Positions 20,588-31,113 of a stretch of 64,000 bases of DNA are shown piece after piece. The translations under genes were made by a program, and so were the position numbers. This DNA comes from Candidatus Hydrothermarchaeales archaeon (lineage in GTDB: Archaea > Hydrothermarchaeota > Hydrothermarchaeia > Hydrothermarchaeales > JAZGAD01): positions 14,271 to 78,270 of the forward strand of contig JAZGAD010000010.1 in assembly GCA_036444275.1 (NCBI GenBank), written 5' to 3'. A model generated the notes under the pieces. The model saw only the letters and a program-made list of their open reading frames with translations, was not told the origin of the DNA and did no database searches. How positions within the stretch are numbered: the stretch's first letter is position 1; every line of letters begins with the position of its first letter.

Positions 20588-21667
20588 ATGAGATCGAAAA
20601 TCTTTGCGATCGTCGCTGCCGTGATGTTGATTACAGCTAGTTTCGCTGTGGTGGCAGCACAAGAAACGCCAAAGGAGCTAAAGGGCAAGAGGCTCCTACA
20701 CAGATACCACGTTGCCTACCATCATGCCGAGCAACTGCGTATAGGCATGGAAGCAGTTATAGACTATATGGGCGACGCTAATGCAGGAAAGCTCGAAATC
20801 ATAAAGGGCGATTTTGTAGCAAAAGAGGACGAGTTGAAGACAGTAGCTGAGAACAATGACTTCAAGGGATTCAAGCAAGTTATGGCAGACATGCGGGGCT
20901 TAGTAAAAGATTTTAAGACTGAGTCGCATGCCCTCCTGGAGAACAAAGTTGGAGAGGCTCAGACCATGGTTGCTAAAGCATTGCAGGAGAATAGGGAATA
21001 CTTGAATTCTCTGGTAGATAATATAAACAGCGCCAGGGAGGGAGTCGAGCTTGAAGCCGTAGACGAGGCTACTGAGACATCTGAAGAGAAGGCTGATAAG
21101 GCATCTGCTAAAGGGGTTGACGTCAGCAAAATACAGGCAAAGCTGCAGGAGATAAAAGAGAAGAGAGAAACACTTAAGAGCAAGATTGAAGCAGCCATAG
21201 AATCCTGCAGTGGAACAGGAATCGGCAAGTGCGATACCCCTGAGGCACAGGAATATAAGGCACTAAGAAAAGAGATAAAAGAGGACTTCAAGGAACTCAG
21301 GGAAATAGCCAGAGAAACAGGGATGAAGCATCGGGTTGCCAATCTCCTAAAGGCATCTCGCCGTGCATTCGAAGCTGTTCAGAAACGCATCGCAGCCGCA
21401 GAGGAGCAGGGAGCTGATGTTGCTGTTGTAAAGGCAAAACTGGACGAGGTAAAAAGCATGATCGACTCAGCAGAAGTGAAATACGAGGCAGGCGACTATC
21501 GAGGCGCCATCGAGGATCTCAAGGCATCTAAAGTTGCATTTGTATCAGCAGCACGCGAGGTCAAAAGTCTGAGACAGACTAGGAAAACAGAGAAAGCAGG
21601 TGCGACAGAGGAAACACCCAGGGAAACAGGGAAACCAGAGAATAAATCTAAGGGAAAAGGTAGGTAG
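20588..21667 (+). CDS. Secreted alpha-helical/coiled-coil protein
   Basis: GGAGG RBS, signal peptide, K/E/A-rich helices. Confidence 0.7.
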   Translation: MRSKIFAIVAAVMLITASFAVVAAQETPKELKGKRLLHRYHVAYHHAEQLRIGMEAVIDYMGDANAGKLEIIKGDFVAKEDELKTVAENNDFKGFKQVMADMRGLVKDFKTESHALLENKVGEAQTMVAKALQENREYLNSLVDNINSAREGVELEAVDEATETSEEKADKASAKGVDVSKIQAKLQEIKEKRETLKSKIEAAIESCSGTGIGKCDTPEAQEYKALRKEIKEDFKELREIARETGMKHRVANLLKASRRAFEAVQKRIAAAEEQGADVAVVKAKLDEVKSMIDSAEVKYEAGDYRGAIEDLKASKVAFVSAAREVKSLRQTRKTEKAGATEETPRETGKPENKSKGKGR

Positions 21668-21680
21668 ATGGGGTGAAGCT

Positions 21681-21908
21681 GTGAGATCGAAATCTATTTT
21701 GCTGGTACTGCTGGTCGTCGGTGCGCTATTGAGCGGTTGCGTATCTAAGAAGCCAGCAGCACCTACTACCACCCAACCACCTATTACAGAGGCGCCAGAG
21801 GCCCTTGAGGAGTCATTTCCCGACGTAACAGCTCCTACCGAAGAGATAGAGATTACAGAACCAGACTTCGAACTGAATGAAACCGTAGACCTGGGCTCGA
21901 TCCTCTGA
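21681..21908 (+). CDS. Small acidic lipoprotein
   Basis: GTG start, hydrophobic stretch, LSGC lipobox, P/T/E-rich tail. Confidence 0.7.
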   Translation: MRSKSILLVLLVVGALLSGCVSKKPAAPTTTQPPITEAPEALEESFPDVTAPTEEIEITEPDFELNETVDLGSIL

Positions 21909-21913
21909 GCCCC

Positions 21914-21932
21914 TTTTTTTCTTTTCTTTTTT
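21914..21932 (+). terminator. Oligo-T archaeal terminator
   Basis: TTTTTTTCTTTTCTTTTTT right after the lipoprotein stop. Confidence 0.6.
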
Positions 21933-21948
21933 CTTACATTATATGAGC

Positions 21949-22256
21949 TTAATAGCGGCCGGTATAGACTAACCTGCCAAGCGAAGGACTCAGTTCCTCA
22001 ATTTCTCTCAATATTTCAACCAGCTTTTCTCCGCTTTCAGTGAGGCAGTAGGTTACTTTGGGCGGATACTCAGCTATCACCTTCCTTTCAACGATCTTCA
22101 GCTTTACCAGTTCTTTCAACCGCCTGCTTACCGTGGTGTAGTGCCCCAGTTCATTTATCTCAGACTATCTCGCCTCCTCTTTCTCTTTCAAAAGAAGTAA
22201 ACCCAAACCTACAACTAGGAATACAAGAGATAATGCAAGTCTCGTAAGCTTTCCAT
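21949..22256 (-). pseudogene. HxlR-type wHTH regulator pseudogene
   Basis: Reads EAR*SEINELGHYTTVSKRLKELVKLKIV..AEYPPKVTYCLTESGEK with an in-frame stop and a broken 5' end. Confidence 0.6.
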
Positions 22257-23515
22257 TAAAGGGTTACATGAATCTTTCTTTTGACGTAGTTTTTCAGCAT
22301 GCTATCTATAACTCTATACCTACCTGTTCCTATCTTCCTAATGAACCCTCTCTGCTCCAGCCTCTTGAGATATGTTATTATCTCTACTGGAGTAGATCTC
22401 AAGACGTTTTTTGATATCTCTGAGGGGGATTCTAAATCGTGCCCAATCATCTCGACATAGGTCTGGAATACCTTCCCCTTCGTAGGGCTTATCTTGCTTA
22501 AATCCTCCTCGAACACGTGCATCAATCCTTCCACTTCAAAGACTCTCTCCTCCAATTTTTTTATAACATCAATTGGTATCTCCTCTCCCCTTACAACCTC
22601 CCTGCATATATTCTCACCAAACCAATTCAGATACGCAGGGTGTCCCTTCGTAAAATTAACGATCTCATTGATCACCTCGTGAGAGGTCACTCTTTCTAGA
22701 CGATCGAATCTATCCTTAAGGAAACTACAGGCGGAGTCATAATCAAATTCACCTATCCATTCTATAGGAATATGCCCGCCAAAGGGTTTTCTCAATAGGA
22801 TATGCTCCATCATGCCGATATTTGATCCAGTGAGGACATAAGCTACTCGTTCCTGTTTTTGTAAATGCCTCCTGAAGGCTGGAAGAAAATCAAATGGACG
22901 CCTAAAACCACCGACCTCTTGGAATTCGTCCAGCATCAATACAAAATAGAGCCCGCTTTCACTGCTTATAGTCTCAGTCAAACTCATGGTATCCTCAAAG
23001 AGTCTCACTAGCTCCTCTGGCGACGGTTTTCTTTGCACTGCGATTTTTTCGAATTCTATCCTAAATCTTAGATATTCCGAGACAGCCCTTATCTCCAAAG
23101 CCTTCATTTTACCCAAAAGTTCTGATAGCGCTGAAATAAGCCTATCCTTTGTCCCTACAACAAAATCTGTAACCTTAAGCTTGATCTTTTCCTGTAAGCC
23201 CGCATGCTCAAAATATGCGTCCAGTACAGAATTCCCCCACAATCCCAAGAACAACTCAAAGGTTAGCTCAGCCTGCCTCTTTATCTCCCTTCCCTCACAG
23301 TCTATCAGAACAGGGATTACACCTTCCTCTGATAGCTTATCCATAAGCACATAGAGGATTGAAGATTTGCCGATTCTTCTGGGACCTACAAGGGCATAAT
23401 TATGCTTAATGCCCTTTTTTACCTGTAAGAGCTTATCCAGGAGAAAATCTATCTCTCTCTCCCGATCGTAGAACAGCCATGGCTCAACCGGACCACCAAA
23501 TTTGAAGTCAATCAT
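22256..23515 (-). CDS. Archaeal ATPase (AAA/ATPase_2) with C-terminal wHTH
   Basis: FYDRERE, GPRRIGKS Walker A, LDEFQ Walker B, GHP motif. Confidence 0.85.
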   Translation of the reverse strand: MIDFKFGGPVEPWLFYDREREIDFLLDKLLQVKKGIKHNYALVGPRRIGKSSILYVLMDKLSEEGVIPVLIDCEGREIKRQAELTFELFLGLWGNSVLDAYFEHAGLQEKIKLKVTDFVVGTKDRLISALSELLGKMKALEIRAVSEYLRFRIEFEKIAVQRKPSPEELVRLFEDTMSLTETISSESGLYFVLMLDEFQEVGGFRRPFDFLPAFRRHLQKQERVAYVLTGSNIGMMEHILLRKPFGGHIPIEWIGEFDYDSACSFLKDRFDRLERVTSHEVINEIVNFTKGHPAYLNWFGENICREVVRGEEIPIDVIKKLEERVFEVEGLMHVFEEDLSKISPTKGKVFQTYVEMIGHDLESPSEISKNVLRSTPVEIITYLKRLEQRGFIRKIGTGRYRVIDSMLKNYVKRKIHVTL

Positions 23516-23517
23516 AG

Positions 23518-23551
23518 TATAGCACAAGTGCTATATAGCAGCACTGCTATA
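23518..23551. promoter_or_regulatory. Tandem palindromic operator TATAGCA-N4-TGCTATA x2
   Basis: Two overlapping 18-bp inverted repeats between a minus-strand TATA box and the ATPase ATG. Confidence 0.6.
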
Positions 23552-23646
23552 TAAATCTGCCTCCGAAGCTACGATAATGCAAATCTCGTAATCCATTGCC
23601 TGATTTTTCCAAATATTATATAAATCCAGCAGGAAACGTATAGAGT

Positions 23647-23982
23647 ATGATGCCAAAGGTAAATCCAAGGCAGATGAAGCGCATGATGAAGCGCATGGGC
23701 ATGGAGACAGAGGAGCTGGAAGCCATAGAGGTAACGATCAAGACAGCTGACAGCGAGATACGCATTGAGAATCCCAGCGTTGTCGTGGTAAAGGCCATGG
23801 GGCAAAAGACCTATCAGATCACTGGCGAGGAACATGTGGAGGCAGTGACAGCGATACCTGAAGAGGATGTAAAGCTCGTTGCTGCGCAGGCAAAGGTCAA
23901 CGAGGCAGACGCTAGGGAAGCCCTTGAGAAAACCGATGGAGACCTAGCAGAGGCCATCATACTTCTGGAAAATAAAAAATAA
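23647..23982 (+). CDS. nac: Nascent polypeptide-associated complex protein
   Basis: NPRQMKRMMKRMGM and C-terminal UBA (GDLAEAI). Confidence 0.95.
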   Translation: MMPKVNPRQMKRMMKRMGMETEELEAIEVTIKTADSEIRIENPSVVVVKAMGQKTYQITGEEHVEAVTAIPEEDVKLVAAQAKVNEADAREALEKTDGDLAEAIILLENKK

Positions 23983-24026
23983 TCTTGTTTTATACCTACA
24001 AAGAGGGAAGAAAGAAGACTGTGACA

Positions 24027-25283
24027 TCAGCCCACTACGCTAATGTCTAAAAATTCTATACTCGGGGTATATGCAGAAGACACCTGCCGGTAATCCTTGC
24101 CGAAGCCCCCGATGTTTTTAAAGAGCTGGAATATATTCCCAGATATTATAGCCTTTTGCACTGCTTCGCCGTTGAGGAATGCGTTCCTGGTTTCCACCGA
24201 GAAATCACCAGATACCGGGTTAGAGGTATGCGCTCCTATCAAACCATGCACTACTAAGCCCTTTTCGCTAGGCTTTCCTCTACCCGAGAGAACTAAATTC
24301 GTGGCATCGATATAAGGGAGGGAGGCATAGGAATCTCTTTCAGCATTGCCTGTGCTCTCCTTTCCATCTTTCCCAGCGGTATATGTATCGTATAGATAGC
24401 CCTTTAGTACTCCGTCTCTTACAAGTTCTGTCTTTTGGGAGCTTATTCCCTCGCCATCGAATTTAGAAGTAGCGAGACCATTTTTTAGGGTGCCGTCGTC
24501 TACAATGTTGAACCTTGAGAATAATTGTTCGTCTATCTTCCCAGCCAGCTGAGAACGTCCCCTTTGAACATTGTCGGCGCTGAAGGAAGGGATAAGCACA
24601 TTCTCCACTAGATCAGCCACTGCTGGGGGCTTTAGGGTAATATCTGTCTGCAGTTCGCCTATTTCCATCGCCTTTAGCGAGCTGCGTGCCAGTTCAGCTG
24701 CCTTCCTCCCGATCTCTGCAAAATCCAAGTCCAGTTTCCTCGAGGAATCATAGTAGAGAGCCGATGCAGGCTGATCATCGTCTGCGACTGCACTCAGCAC
24801 TGCAGAGCACCACGTGCCCTGGTCAGCTCCATAGAGACCATGGGTGTTCCATATCTCGACCTCTGAACTACTCCATGATATAGATCCATAGCTAGCTATC
24901 ACACCCCGCCCAGCACACGGAGCTACTAAGGCGTCTACAAATTCAGGAGCCTGCTCCAAATCCAAATCTGCTATATCCTCGTCGAACACTCCTAACTCCT
25001 TGTATCGCTCTTGATGTGGTAAAGCAACGTGGGGATCGCGCTCGCTGGCCTTAGCTACCTTTAAAGCACTATTGAGGACTTCCTCGCTCAGACTATTCGA
25101 ATATGCGAAGCCCATGTGTTTATCCTTTATCACTCTAACGCCGTAGCCTGATGAAGAGCTCTCCTTGAAGAGGTCCATCTCCCCCCGCCACAGCTCCAAT
25201 GTGTGCCCGCGGCTGCTAGATAAATAGATCTCGGCTTCGTCAGCCCGCTTAGCTAGGTAATCTAGTGCTTCGTCAGCTCTCAA
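24027..25283 (-). CDS. pmbA: PmbA/TldE-family protein
   Basis: FDGEG, SNPVSGDFS; paired with TldD. Confidence 0.85.
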   Translation of the reverse strand: MRADEALDYLAKRADEAEIYLSSSRGHTLELWRGEMDLFKESSSSGYGVRVIKDKHMGFAYSNSLSEEVLNSALKVAKASERDPHVALPHQERYKELGVFDEDIADLDLEQAPEFVDALVAPCAGRGVIASYGSISWSSSEVEIWNTHGLYGADQGTWCSAVLSAVADDDQPASALYYDSSRKLDLDFAEIGRKAAELARSSLKAMEIGELQTDITLKPPAVADLVENVLIPSFSADNVQRGRSQLAGKIDEQLFSRFNIVDDGTLKNGLATSKFDGEGISSQKTELVRDGVLKGYLYDTYTAGKDGKESTGNAERDSYASLPYIDATNLVLSGRGKPSEKGLVVHGLIGAHTSNPVSGDFSVETRNAFLNGEAVQKAIISGNIFQLFKNIGGFGKDYRQVSSAYTPSIEFLDISVVG

Positions 25284-26641
25284 TGCACCGTACCTCCTAC
25301 CGTAGCGAAGGTCCGCATATGAGGTCCACCATCCCCTACTGGAACCGACTGTGCCCCTTTGCCGCAGAAGCCTATGTGGATACCGAAGTCTTTGCCAACT
25401 GCATCCACGTTTTTCAGAATATCCAGGGTCCTGCCAGATAGCGCCACATCTCTTACTGGAGTGGTTATCTCGCCATTTTCTATAAGGAATCCCTCCTCTG
25501 CGCTGAATTGGAATACTCCTCGCACCGTGTCTACCTCACCGCCCTTGGAGCCCTTCAAGTATACGCCTTTCGCCACGTCCACGATCTCTTCGAATTCAAA
25601 GTCCCCTGGCTCAAGGTAGGTATTGCTCATCCTGACCAGGGGTTGATAGGCATAGCTCTGGCTCCTTGCATTCCCAGTGTTAATGTGTCCCATCTCTGAA
25701 GAGGTCTCCCTAGAGTGGAGATAGCTCTTCAGGACGCCGTTCTTTACTACCACCTTCTTCATTGCCCTAGTCCCTTCTGAATCATAGAAATAAAAACCAA
25801 ATGATCCATCTATTGTAGGGTCGTCGAAGACCGTGACCAACTCAGATGCTATCGCCTTCCCCAGCTTATCCTCCAAAATGGATTCTCCTTGTATGACGTG
25901 ATCAGCCTCCACAGCATGCCCTAAGGCCTCATGGATGAATACGCCTGTCAACTTTGAGTCGAGTACGACCTGGAAATTGCCCCTAGGAGCTTCTTTAGCA
26001 TCAAGCAGGCTAAGTGCCTTCTCACCAGCCTTCCGCGAGGAATCTCCAACTTTTTCCAGTGCCTCTAACCCGGCAGTAGCTCCGAGTCTCTCCAAGCCGA
26101 TCTGAAGCTTCGCCCCTTTCTTAGCGAAGACCGAGGAGAATACTGCGACCCTTGGATACTCTGCCTCTATACGGCTTCCCTCAGAATTTAAATAGCTAAT
26201 CCTAGTGTTGGAGTCGAAGTAAGAGAATGAAGAACTTACTATCCCATCAAGATCTGCGATGGCGTCTTCGGCCGAACTCAAAATCTCTCTCTTCTCTTCA
26301 ATACCCACAGAGGCCGGGTCTATTCTTGGCTTAACCTTGACCCTATCCTCTACTGCATCTACGACTTCGAACTTTATCTCCCTCTTTACCCTTTTGGCTA
26401 TCTTATAGGCCCTTGTAGCGAGGGCATAGATATCCTTCAAATCATTGGAAGATGCAAAACCCCAGCCCTTATCCAGTACCCTTATGCAGATGCCTGAGAG
26501 CTCGCCGGTAGAGATATCCTTGGCTACGCCGTCCTTAGACAGAATGCTGGTCGTCTTAGAACTCTGTAGGGTTACATCTACAAAACGGGCTGGTATCTCT
26601 AAAATCTTCTCTATCTCCCCATCCCAAGATTCAGGCTCCAT
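25280..26641 (-). CDS. tldD: TldD metalloprotease
   Basis: HEALGH, RMSNT, CGK motifs. Confidence 0.9.
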   Translation of the reverse strand: MEPESWDGEIEKILEIPARFVDVTLQSSKTTSILSKDGVAKDISTGELSGICIRVLDKGWGFASSNDLKDIYALATRAYKIAKRVKREIKFEVVDAVEDRVKVKPRIDPASVGIEEKREILSSAEDAIADLDGIVSSSFSYFDSNTRISYLNSEGSRIEAEYPRVAVFSSVFAKKGAKLQIGLERLGATAGLEALEKVGDSSRKAGEKALSLLDAKEAPRGNFQVVLDSKLTGVFIHEALGHAVEADHVIQGESILEDKLGKAIASELVTVFDDPTIDGSFGFYFYDSEGTRAMKKVVVKNGVLKSYLHSRETSSEMGHINTGNARSQSYAYQPLVRMSNTYLEPGDFEFEEIVDVAKGVYLKGSKGGEVDTVRGVFQFSAEEGFLIENGEITTPVRDVALSGRTLDILKNVDAVGKDFGIHIGFCGKGAQSVPVGDGGPHMRTFATVGGTVH

Positions 26642-28523
26642 GCTTCTTCGGCAATGGCTTTTCTATCCCAGCCGGGAGGGGTATTAGGTCCCTGATCTTC
26701 TCTAAGAGGCTCTCTTTATCGGTGCCCCACGCAAAGGCCTGCTCCAGTGCCTGGGAGAGCTTCTTCACCGGTACAATCTCTATCTTGCCCTGTAGCTTCT
26801 TATCCAGCATCACATCCTTAGCATTTGCAGAGGGAATTATGACACGTTTTATACCCGCTGCTGCAGCTGCCTCGATCTTGGCTGTAACGCCCCCAACTGG
26901 TAGAATGTCGCCCCTGACGCTGAGGCTGCCTGTCATGGCAACACTCTGGTCCACTGGAATGTCCTCTAGGGCCGAAATAACCGCCGTTGCTACTGAGACG
27001 CTTGCGCTGTCGCCTTCTACCCCCTCATATGTCTGGAGGAACTGGATATGCACGTCGTATTTAGAGATGTCCTGGCCGGTATGCTTCTTAATGAGGGCAC
27101 TCACGTTCTGAATCGCCTCCCTAGCTATCGTGCGTAGCTTGCCAGTTGCAATAATCTTTCCCTCTTCTCTACTCTGTGCTGGTGCAACCTCGGCGACTAT
27201 GGGGAGTATTACGCCGCTGTCGTCACCGATGACCGCTAATCCATTAACCCTGCCTATCTCCGCTCCTTTCACTACGTAGATATCGTAGTCCTTCCTCATG
27301 CTTATGTATCTCTCAGCCAGTTGCTGCTCCAGGGTCTTGGCTATAGTTTTTGCCTTTGCAACGTGTTTGGCCGTAACAATCTCAGCATTCTCGCTCCTCG
27401 CTACGTCGCCGGCTGTTCTAATCAAGCCGCCGAGGCCACGGAGATTAAGGGTTATCTTTCCCCGTCTACCAGCCCTTTTCCTAGCCTCTTTGATCACGGC
27501 TTCCACCGCTTCCTTGGTGAAGTGGGGTATCTTCTTGTCCTTTATCACCTCTTGAGCGACGAACTGCACCAGTTTCTCCCGGTTCTTTGGTGTATCATCC
27601 ATGACATCCTTCATGTAGACCTCGTATCCATAGCCTCTGATCCTGCTTCGAAGCGCTGGATGCAGCTTCCTAACTGCTTCTAGATTGCCGGCTGCAATGA
27701 GGATGAAGTCGCATGGTACTGGTGTGGTTCTGACCATAGCGCCGCTGCTTCTATCACTCTGCCCAGTGATGCTGAATTCCTTCTCCTGCAGAACGGTCAA
27801 AAGGTGCTGTTGGGACTCCATGCCTAGAGTCGAGATTTCATCGATAAAGAGCACGCCCTTGTTAGCCCTATGTATTGCACCCGCCTCTATCAACTCGTGG
27901 GCAGGCGTCTCTAGGCCACCTGACTGGAAAGGGTCATGCCTAACGTCACCCAGGAGAGCGCCGGCGTGTGCACCGGTTGCATCCACAAAGGGAGCTTTCT
28001 TCTTGCCTTCGTTGTCTAGGAGGATCTTTGGAACCATGACATCCTCTTTGACCTTTATGTACTGCCTCCCCATGAGTAGGAAGACCGATGCTATGATCCC
28101 GCCGAACAGAATATAGGGCTGGGGTGGTACCGCTAGGAAACCGTAGTAGAGTACGAGGAATAATATAGCGATGAACAATACCTTGAACATGGTGTTTACC
28201 GGAGCCTCTGCCTTCCTCTTTTGCTCTTTGTAGCGGGCCACTATCTTTTTGCCTTCGCCAGCCTTGACGGCCTTCGCCTCTGGGTTGTTTTTATCAGCTA
28301 GATTAGGATGCACAAGGATGTCCTCCAACTCCTCCACCGGCAAGAGCTCAGACATAGCAAGGCCCAACATACTCTTCCCGGTACCCGGCGCTCCGATCAG
28401 GAAGACATGGCGCTTTTGCTTAGCGGCTTTCTTAAGTACCTCCACCGCATGCTCTTGGCCAATAACTTGGTCTACCAGATTCTGCGGGACTTTTATCTTC
28501 TCGGTTGTTTTATATCCCTTCAT
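26631..28523 (-). CDS. lonB: Archaeal membrane Lon protease LonB
   Basis: GAPGTGKS, TM insert, DEI, EGDSAS..K dyad. Confidence 0.95.
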   Translation of the reverse strand: MKGYKTTEKIKVPQNLVDQVIGQEHAVEVLKKAAKQKRHVFLIGAPGTGKSMLGLAMSELLPVEELEDILVHPNLADKNNPEAKAVKAGEGKKIVARYKEQKRKAEAPVNTMFKVLFIAILFLVLYYGFLAVPPQPYILFGGIIASVFLLMGRQYIKVKEDVMVPKILLDNEGKKKAPFVDATGAHAGALLGDVRHDPFQSGGLETPAHELIEAGAIHRANKGVLFIDEISTLGMESQQHLLTVLQEKEFSITGQSDRSSGAMVRTTPVPCDFILIAAGNLEAVRKLHPALRSRIRGYGYEVYMKDVMDDTPKNREKLVQFVAQEVIKDKKIPHFTKEAVEAVIKEARKRAGRRGKITLNLRGLGGLIRTAGDVARSENAEIVTAKHVAKAKTIAKTLEQQLAERYISMRKDYDIYVVKGAEIGRVNGLAVIGDDSGVILPIVAEVAPAQSREEGKIIATGKLRTIAREAIQNVSALIKKHTGQDISKYDVHIQFLQTYEGVEGDSASVSVATAVISALEDIPVDQSVAMTGSLSVRGDILPVGGVTAKIEAAAAAGIKRVIIPSANAKDVMLDKKLQGKIEIVPVKKLSQALEQAFAWGTDKESLLEKIRDLIPLPAGIEKPLPKKHGA

Positions 28524-28648
28524 TTCCTCCTCGACCTTAGAACAATAAGCGTTGGTAAGTTCGATTTCTGCCCTTATATACCTTTAGCATAATTTATATA
28601 CTACCTCCCGTAAAACACTTCGCCAATTGTAACAACAGGAGACTTGAA

Positions 28649-29518
28649 ATGCCTGACATTATCATCGGAGGAAGCACTTGCCAAGCCCTGGCGAAGGAGA
28701 TAAGCGACGAGCTTCAGGTTGAACTGGGAAGCCTGTCGGTGAAGAGATTCCCAGATGGCGAGATATACCTCCGCGTTGAGAGTGATGTGAAGGGCAAGAG
28801 CTGTGTTGTAGTACAGTCTACATGCAGACCTCAAGATTCAACTTTCTTCGAGCTTTTATCCCTCATCGTGACCCTGAAGGAGCTTGGCGCTAAGGAGGTC
28901 AAGACGGTAGTACCGTACTACGGCTACGGTAGGCAGGACAAGAGCTTCAATCCTGGAGAAGCGGTCACCGCTAGGGTGGCAGCGAAGCATATCAGCATGC
29001 ATTCAGACGAGTTCTATACGCTTAACATCCATGAAGAGGGGATCCTGAAGTTCTTCAATATTCCAGTACATAGCCTAGATGCTTCTCCTGTACTGGGGGA
29101 GTATTTCAAAGGCTACAATCTGGAAAAGCCAATAGTTATAGGGCCTGATAACGGCGCTTCTAGACTTGCAAAAGGCACAGCAAGCGTTATTAAATGTAAA
29201 TTTGACACCCTGGAGAAACGTAGGATAGCACCCGGTGAAGTGCAGACGGAGGCCAAGAAGCTGGCAGTCGCAGATAAAGATGTGATACTCGTGGACGACA
29301 TGATAGATTATGGGAGTACGATGCTGGAAGCTATTTCAATACTCAAAGCCCAGAAGGCAGGAAACATCCTTGTTGGATGCGTGCACCCTGTGCTCACTGG
29401 AAACGTCGTCGGCCGCTTGTTCTCCTTTGGTGCTATAGACGTGATAGCTACGAATACCATATCTTCGCAGATCAGCTTCATAACCGTCTCAGGCATAATA
29501 GCTGAAGCACTCCGCTAG
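28649..29518 (+). CDS. prs: Ribose-phosphate pyrophosphokinase
   Basis: RFPDGE, PYYGYGRQDK, VDDMID. Confidence 0.9.
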   Translation: MPDIIIGGSTCQALAKEISDELQVELGSLSVKRFPDGEIYLRVESDVKGKSCVVVQSTCRPQDSTFFELLSLIVTLKELGAKEVKTVVPYYGYGRQDKSFNPGEAVTARVAAKHISMHSDEFYTLNIHEEGILKFFNIPVHSLDASPVLGEYFKGYNLEKPIVIGPDNGASRLAKGTASVIKCKFDTLEKRRIAPGEVQTEAKKLAVADKDVILVDDMIDYGSTMLEAISILKAQKAGNILVGCVHPVLTGNVVGRLFSFGAIDVIATNTISSQISFITVSGIIAEALR

Positions 29519-29550
29519 ATTTTTACAGTTTATTGTAGACTAATAGAGCG

Positions 29551-30564
29551 ATGCGCGTATTCTTCCAACTCTCCGGAGAGCATTCAACACTCCCTAAAGC
29601 TGAAGCATTAGCAGTTCTTGAAGCATCTAGTGTGGATTTCAAGGTCTTATTATCTCTGGACCAAGTCCTTGTAGTGGAGGCAGATGCAGGGAATATAGAC
29701 GGAATTCACGAGCGTCTGGCAATGAGCCACGGGATATGCGAGTTCTACGGTGCATGTCGTCCTGCCTTGGAGGAGCTTATAGAGATCGCACGTGGGATAG
29801 ATTTGTCAGGCAGTTTCGCTGTCAGAGTCAAGAGGATAAAAGACTACTTCGGGGAGGTAAGCACCATGGAGTTAGAGAGCGGGATAGGCGGGCTATTGAC
29901 AAAAAAGGGATATAAGGTAGATCTTGAAAACCCTGAGAACATCATCCTCGGCATATTGAGCAGTGAATTCGTCTTGGGCAGGGTACTATACGAGGTGGAC
30001 CGCTCCCAGTATGAGGCTCGTCGGCCCCATAGGCGGCCGTACTTTCGCCCGGGTGTTATGCTTCCGAGGATCTGCCGTGCCATAGTCAATCTAACTAGGG
30101 TCAAGAAGGGGGAGAAGTTCATAGATCCATTCTGCGGTACAGGCGGGTTCCTGATAGAAGCGGACTTGGTAGGTGCGAAGGTCTATGGGTGTGACGTTGA
30201 CAAGGAAGTGCTAGAGGGCTGCAAGGTAAACCTCCAGCACCATGGACTAACGGATTATCACTTGGAGGCAGTGGATGCCAGGGAATTGAAAGAGGTGTAC
30301 CCAGAAGCATTTGATGCGTTAGCTGCCGATCTTCCATACGGCATCTCATCCAGCACGCATGGCTCTAAGCTTGAAGAGCTGTGCAGCCAGTCCATGGAAT
30401 CCTTTTTCGAGATATTAAAGCCAGGGGGGTATGCCTGTGTCGTTGCTCCATCCCAAGTGCCCTTAAAGGATATAGCCGCTGCAGCGGGATTCAACGTCGT
30501 AGAGGAGCACTTGGAGAGGATTCATCGTAGCCTGACGAGGAGAATCTTGGTCCTGCAAAAATGA
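29551..30564 (+). CDS. THUMP-domain tRNA G10 N2-methyltransferase (Trm11-like)
   Basis: THUMP domain plus DPFCGTGG and DLPYG. Confidence 0.85.
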   Translation: MRVFFQLSGEHSTLPKAEALAVLEASSVDFKVLLSLDQVLVVEADAGNIDGIHERLAMSHGICEFYGACRPALEELIEIARGIDLSGSFAVRVKRIKDYFGEVSTMELESGIGGLLTKKGYKVDLENPENIILGILSSEFVLGRVLYEVDRSQYEARRPHRRPYFRPGVMLPRICRAIVNLTRVKKGEKFIDPFCGTGGFLIEADLVGAKVYGCDVDKEVLEGCKVNLQHHGLTDYHLEAVDARELKEVYPEAFDALAADLPYGISSSTHGSKLEELCSQSMESFFEILKPGGYACVVAPSQVPLKDIAAAAGFNVVEEHLERIHRSLTRRILVLQK

Positions 30565-30581
30565 CTACTTTAGCAATTTGA

Positions 30582-31079
30582 TCAAATTAGTGATCCATGT
30601 TTCGCAGCGATCTTTTCAAGGGCATATGCAGCATAGCTCCTGACCTCCAGTGAGGTATCTTTTAAAGCTTGCTGTAAAGGCTTGATAGCCCTCTTATCTC
30701 CGCTCTCGCCTAAGGCGAAGGCAGCATACCTCCGGACGAACTTGGATTTGTCCTTCAGTGCCTGGATAAGGAGGGATGTCCCCCTCGCATCTGCGTAGCG
30801 CAGCTGTAAAGCGATGATCCTCCGAACGTTCCAGTCAGCTTCTTCTTGGAATGCGTTGATGATGGCGTCATATGCCTTTGAATATCCTTTTTCACCCAGC
30901 TCGCCCAGGGCATAGGCAGCACGCCATCTTATCTTTTTGTCTTTATCCCTTACAGCCAGTATTAAGGGATCTATTGCTTCCGGGTCAGCGAGTTCACCCA
31001 GCTCGTATGCAGAGTGCATTCTGACTTCAGGTGACGTGTGCTTCAATTCTTTTATCAATTTTTTCACAGATTTCCTCAT
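30582..31079 (-). CDS. HEAT-repeat (PBS lyase-like) protein
   Basis: Repeated VRxxAAxALG. Confidence 0.85.
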   Translation of the reverse strand: MRKSVKKLIKELKHTSPEVRMHSAYELGELADPEAIDPLILAVRDKDKKIRWRAAYALGELGEKGYSKAYDAIINAFQEEADWNVRRIIALQLRYADARGTSLLIQALKDKSKFVRRYAAFALGESGDKRAIKPLQQALKDTSLEVRSYAAYALEKIAAKHGSLI

Positions 31080-31113
31080 CTTACTCCTTCATATACCTAT
31101 GAAAGACTAATAA

